Source: Utricularia gibba (taxonomy: Eukaryota > Plantae > Magnoliophyta). From it: a DNA stretch of 64,000 nt. Below are positions 61,725-64,000 of this stretch, one piece after another. The notes under the pieces were generated by a model, which saw only the letters and a program-made list of their open reading frames with translations, searched no databases and was not told where the DNA came from. Position numbers and translations under genes: made by a program. Positions within the stretch are counted from its first letter, which is position 1. The number at the start of each line of letters is the position of its first letter. Location of the stretch: NCBI GenBank assembly GCA_002189035.1, contig NEEC01000010.1, positions 62,001 to 126,000 of the forward strand, written 5' to 3'.

Positions 61725-62208
61725 AATGCGACCGGAAATATCGTGCCTTGTTATGCTTTTTGGTGATTTGTTCGATGTGATCGAAAGAAATAAGGGTAGG
61801 TGGAGGTTTTTATGTGGAAACCGCCATAAGACGGAAAAAACCACGGAGCTGTCGAAGCTCGCCGGAAAAATTCCTTACTAGACGGAGGTGGTGAAGTATG
61901 GTACAGGTTGGGAGCCTTAGGGTCGAACCCTTTTTCCTTCGGATCTTCTCCTATTTATAGGTGAGGTCGATCTGGCCGAATCCTCGCTTCTATAGGTGTC
62001 GGTTACTTTTGCGCCTGCTATGCCATCTCGCTTTTCAGATATCGGTTGCCTGTTCTGCTGTAATTCGGCTGCTTTTCAGACTATGTTATATGGCCACCGC
62101 TGTTAAATTTCTGACACATATTGATTTGTTGACTGGCGTTATTCTATCAGGGCTCCTTTTAGCAGCCTTTCAGAAGTCGATTATCCTCAACCGATTTATA
62201 TCCCATCA
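61725..62208 (-). mobile_element. LTR-like repeat, copy 1
   Basis: Starts TGATGGG on minus at 62208. TATAAATA on minus at ~61958. Diverged direct repeat of 63350-63860. Confidence 0.6.
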
Positions 62209-63349
62209 AATACATAATAAGTTTGAACAATGTCATAGTGTGAATATTGATGGACTAACCAACTTCATACTCATAGATCTAATAGAAAACTTTAATGAAA
62301 CACTATTTAAATCTAAACAGAATTTTAAACACAAAATAACATGAAAGCCAACTTCTTCAAAGCTGCAACAATTACTCAATCATTTGTGTAATTATTCGAT
62401 AAATTGTGTGCTAGTTAGTTTATATTAATAAGAGAGCTCTCAACAATAGAAATAAAATCTGATTTTCCACTATTTTCCTGCAAGCCTTATGGAAAAATTA
62501 ACTCTATTAAATCATGATTCATTTGTGAATAAATGGAATTGTGTAGAAGACCGCGAACTAAAGTTATATCATATTGTTCTTAATTGGATATAACGACTTC
62601 TAACGTAAAATTTTCCATCAAACCTTAAGAATCCTCCTATGCTCTCTCAATTATGCTTATTTTCAATGAATATCTCAAATTAACATATTAAATCTAGCAC
62701 TACTATTAATATCTGAAACTAAGATTCTAGAATGCTCAATCAACCTTGAAATTTTATTGACATATGAATACTATATCTTATCCATTTAAAAACATCAGAA
62801 ATCAACTTTATCACTAATTAAATAATTATCAAATTCATATGCAATATAGTAATAATGATAAATTCGTTTATATCATCGTCCATTTTTTTTGGAGAGGTTT
62901 AAAAGTATAATATAAGCAATTAATAAGATATATAAAAATAAAAATTTTAATTTAAATAAGATATCAAGTAGATAAATCATATAAAATTACTTTAAAACTT
63001 AGGAGTTATATATGTCTAGCAACACCAACACAAAAAAGAGCTTTGAAAAAAAAATATATGTGTATATTATAACTAAATACCTATTCAAAATTGTGTTACA
63101 TAATTGAAAAATAGCTATAAGCAACTAACTTTTATTAAAAAAATGACATGAACAAAGATTAAACAATAATATAACATTCAATTTCAGTATAACATAAATG
63201 AAACATCATAAAAAGACAAATATAATCACTTACATGGATTTTGGGATGAAGAATTCAAGCGTCAATATTTTTGTTTGATTCACCAATGCGTCAAAATCCT
63301 AAAAATCAGACTTTGAATATGTTGTGGTTGAAAATCGGCGTAATGGCAC

Positions 63350-63860
63350 TGACCGGTTTTCGATTATGGATGCTGCTGCACGAGTCGTGTCTAGTGGAGA
63401 TTTCAGTGTTTGTGTGGTGTGATCCAGTTAGTAGAAATGAAAGAAGACAAGGATTTTAACGTGAAAATCGTTGGAAAACGGAAAAACCAAGGAGCTATTC
63501 CACCGAAAAAATAACTTCACTAGATGGAAGTGAGGAAGCATGCAAGTTAGGAAGATGGGATTCGAATCCCTTCTCCTTTGGGGTTTCTGATATTTATTGG
63601 GGATATTGATCTGAATGAATTCTGAATTCTGCAAATGTCGACTTCTTTATGCACCTGCTGTACGTATCATGATCTTGTCCTTTAGATAACCGCCATCTAC
63701 TCTGTAATTGCCATAATTTCACTACTTTTCAGACTGTCCAAAAGGGCCGTTGTAGCAAATCTCTGACATATATCGGTCTATTGATCTGCAACATTCCATC
63801 AGAGCACCTTTCGCTCACTTTTCAAAGGTCGATTACCTTCATCCGATTTATCCCCCATCA
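63350..63860 (-). mobile_element. LTR-like repeat, copy 2
   Basis: Shared blocks with copy 1: acggaaaaa.cca.ggagct, actaga.gga, tcgaa.ccct, cttttcagact, tctgaca.ata, gtcgatta, ccgattta...ccatca. Confidence 0.6.
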
Positions 63861-64000
63861 AAATATTTTTTGAATCTCATTTATATTGAGTGCCATCTTC
63901 TTTTATTTAAAAGCACCATATTATTTTATTTATTTAAAAAATAATTCATTTTTTAAAAAATAAAACTCTTTAAAATTAAAACAACACCCAAATCATTAAA

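Overview
Plant nuclear DNA (angiosperm-type spliced genes, TTTAGGG repeats). The first 14.2 kb is genic: a decayed FCP1-homology (HAD/NIF) gene, LINE and hAT remnants, a 15-exon tubulin-tyrosine-ligase-like gene (TTLL12, 4287-8463, +) and a 12-exon GH35 beta-galactosidase (10388-14219, +). Both genes have canonical splice sites and intact core motifs, yet together carry three 1-bp deletions, all in G/C homopolymers, which suggests long-read consensus errors. The remaining ~50 kb is almost all nested, dead transposons: three Copia remnants, three Athila-like Ty3 remnants, five solo LTRs (four with exact or 4/5 TSDs), two PIF/Harbinger remnants, two MULEs (one carrying a Ulp1-like protease), several ~55-64 bp tandem arrays and a palindromic repeat array. 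I found no intact element, RNA gene or CRISPR array, and cannot claim a novel biological system. The best leads are a possible MULE family carrying an FCP1-like phosphatase cargo, the hairpin array at 17.7-18.3 kb, the Ulp1-MULE, an inverted solo-LTR pair, and two unidentified exon-like fragments. All family assignments come from motif recognition by eye; no database searches were run.
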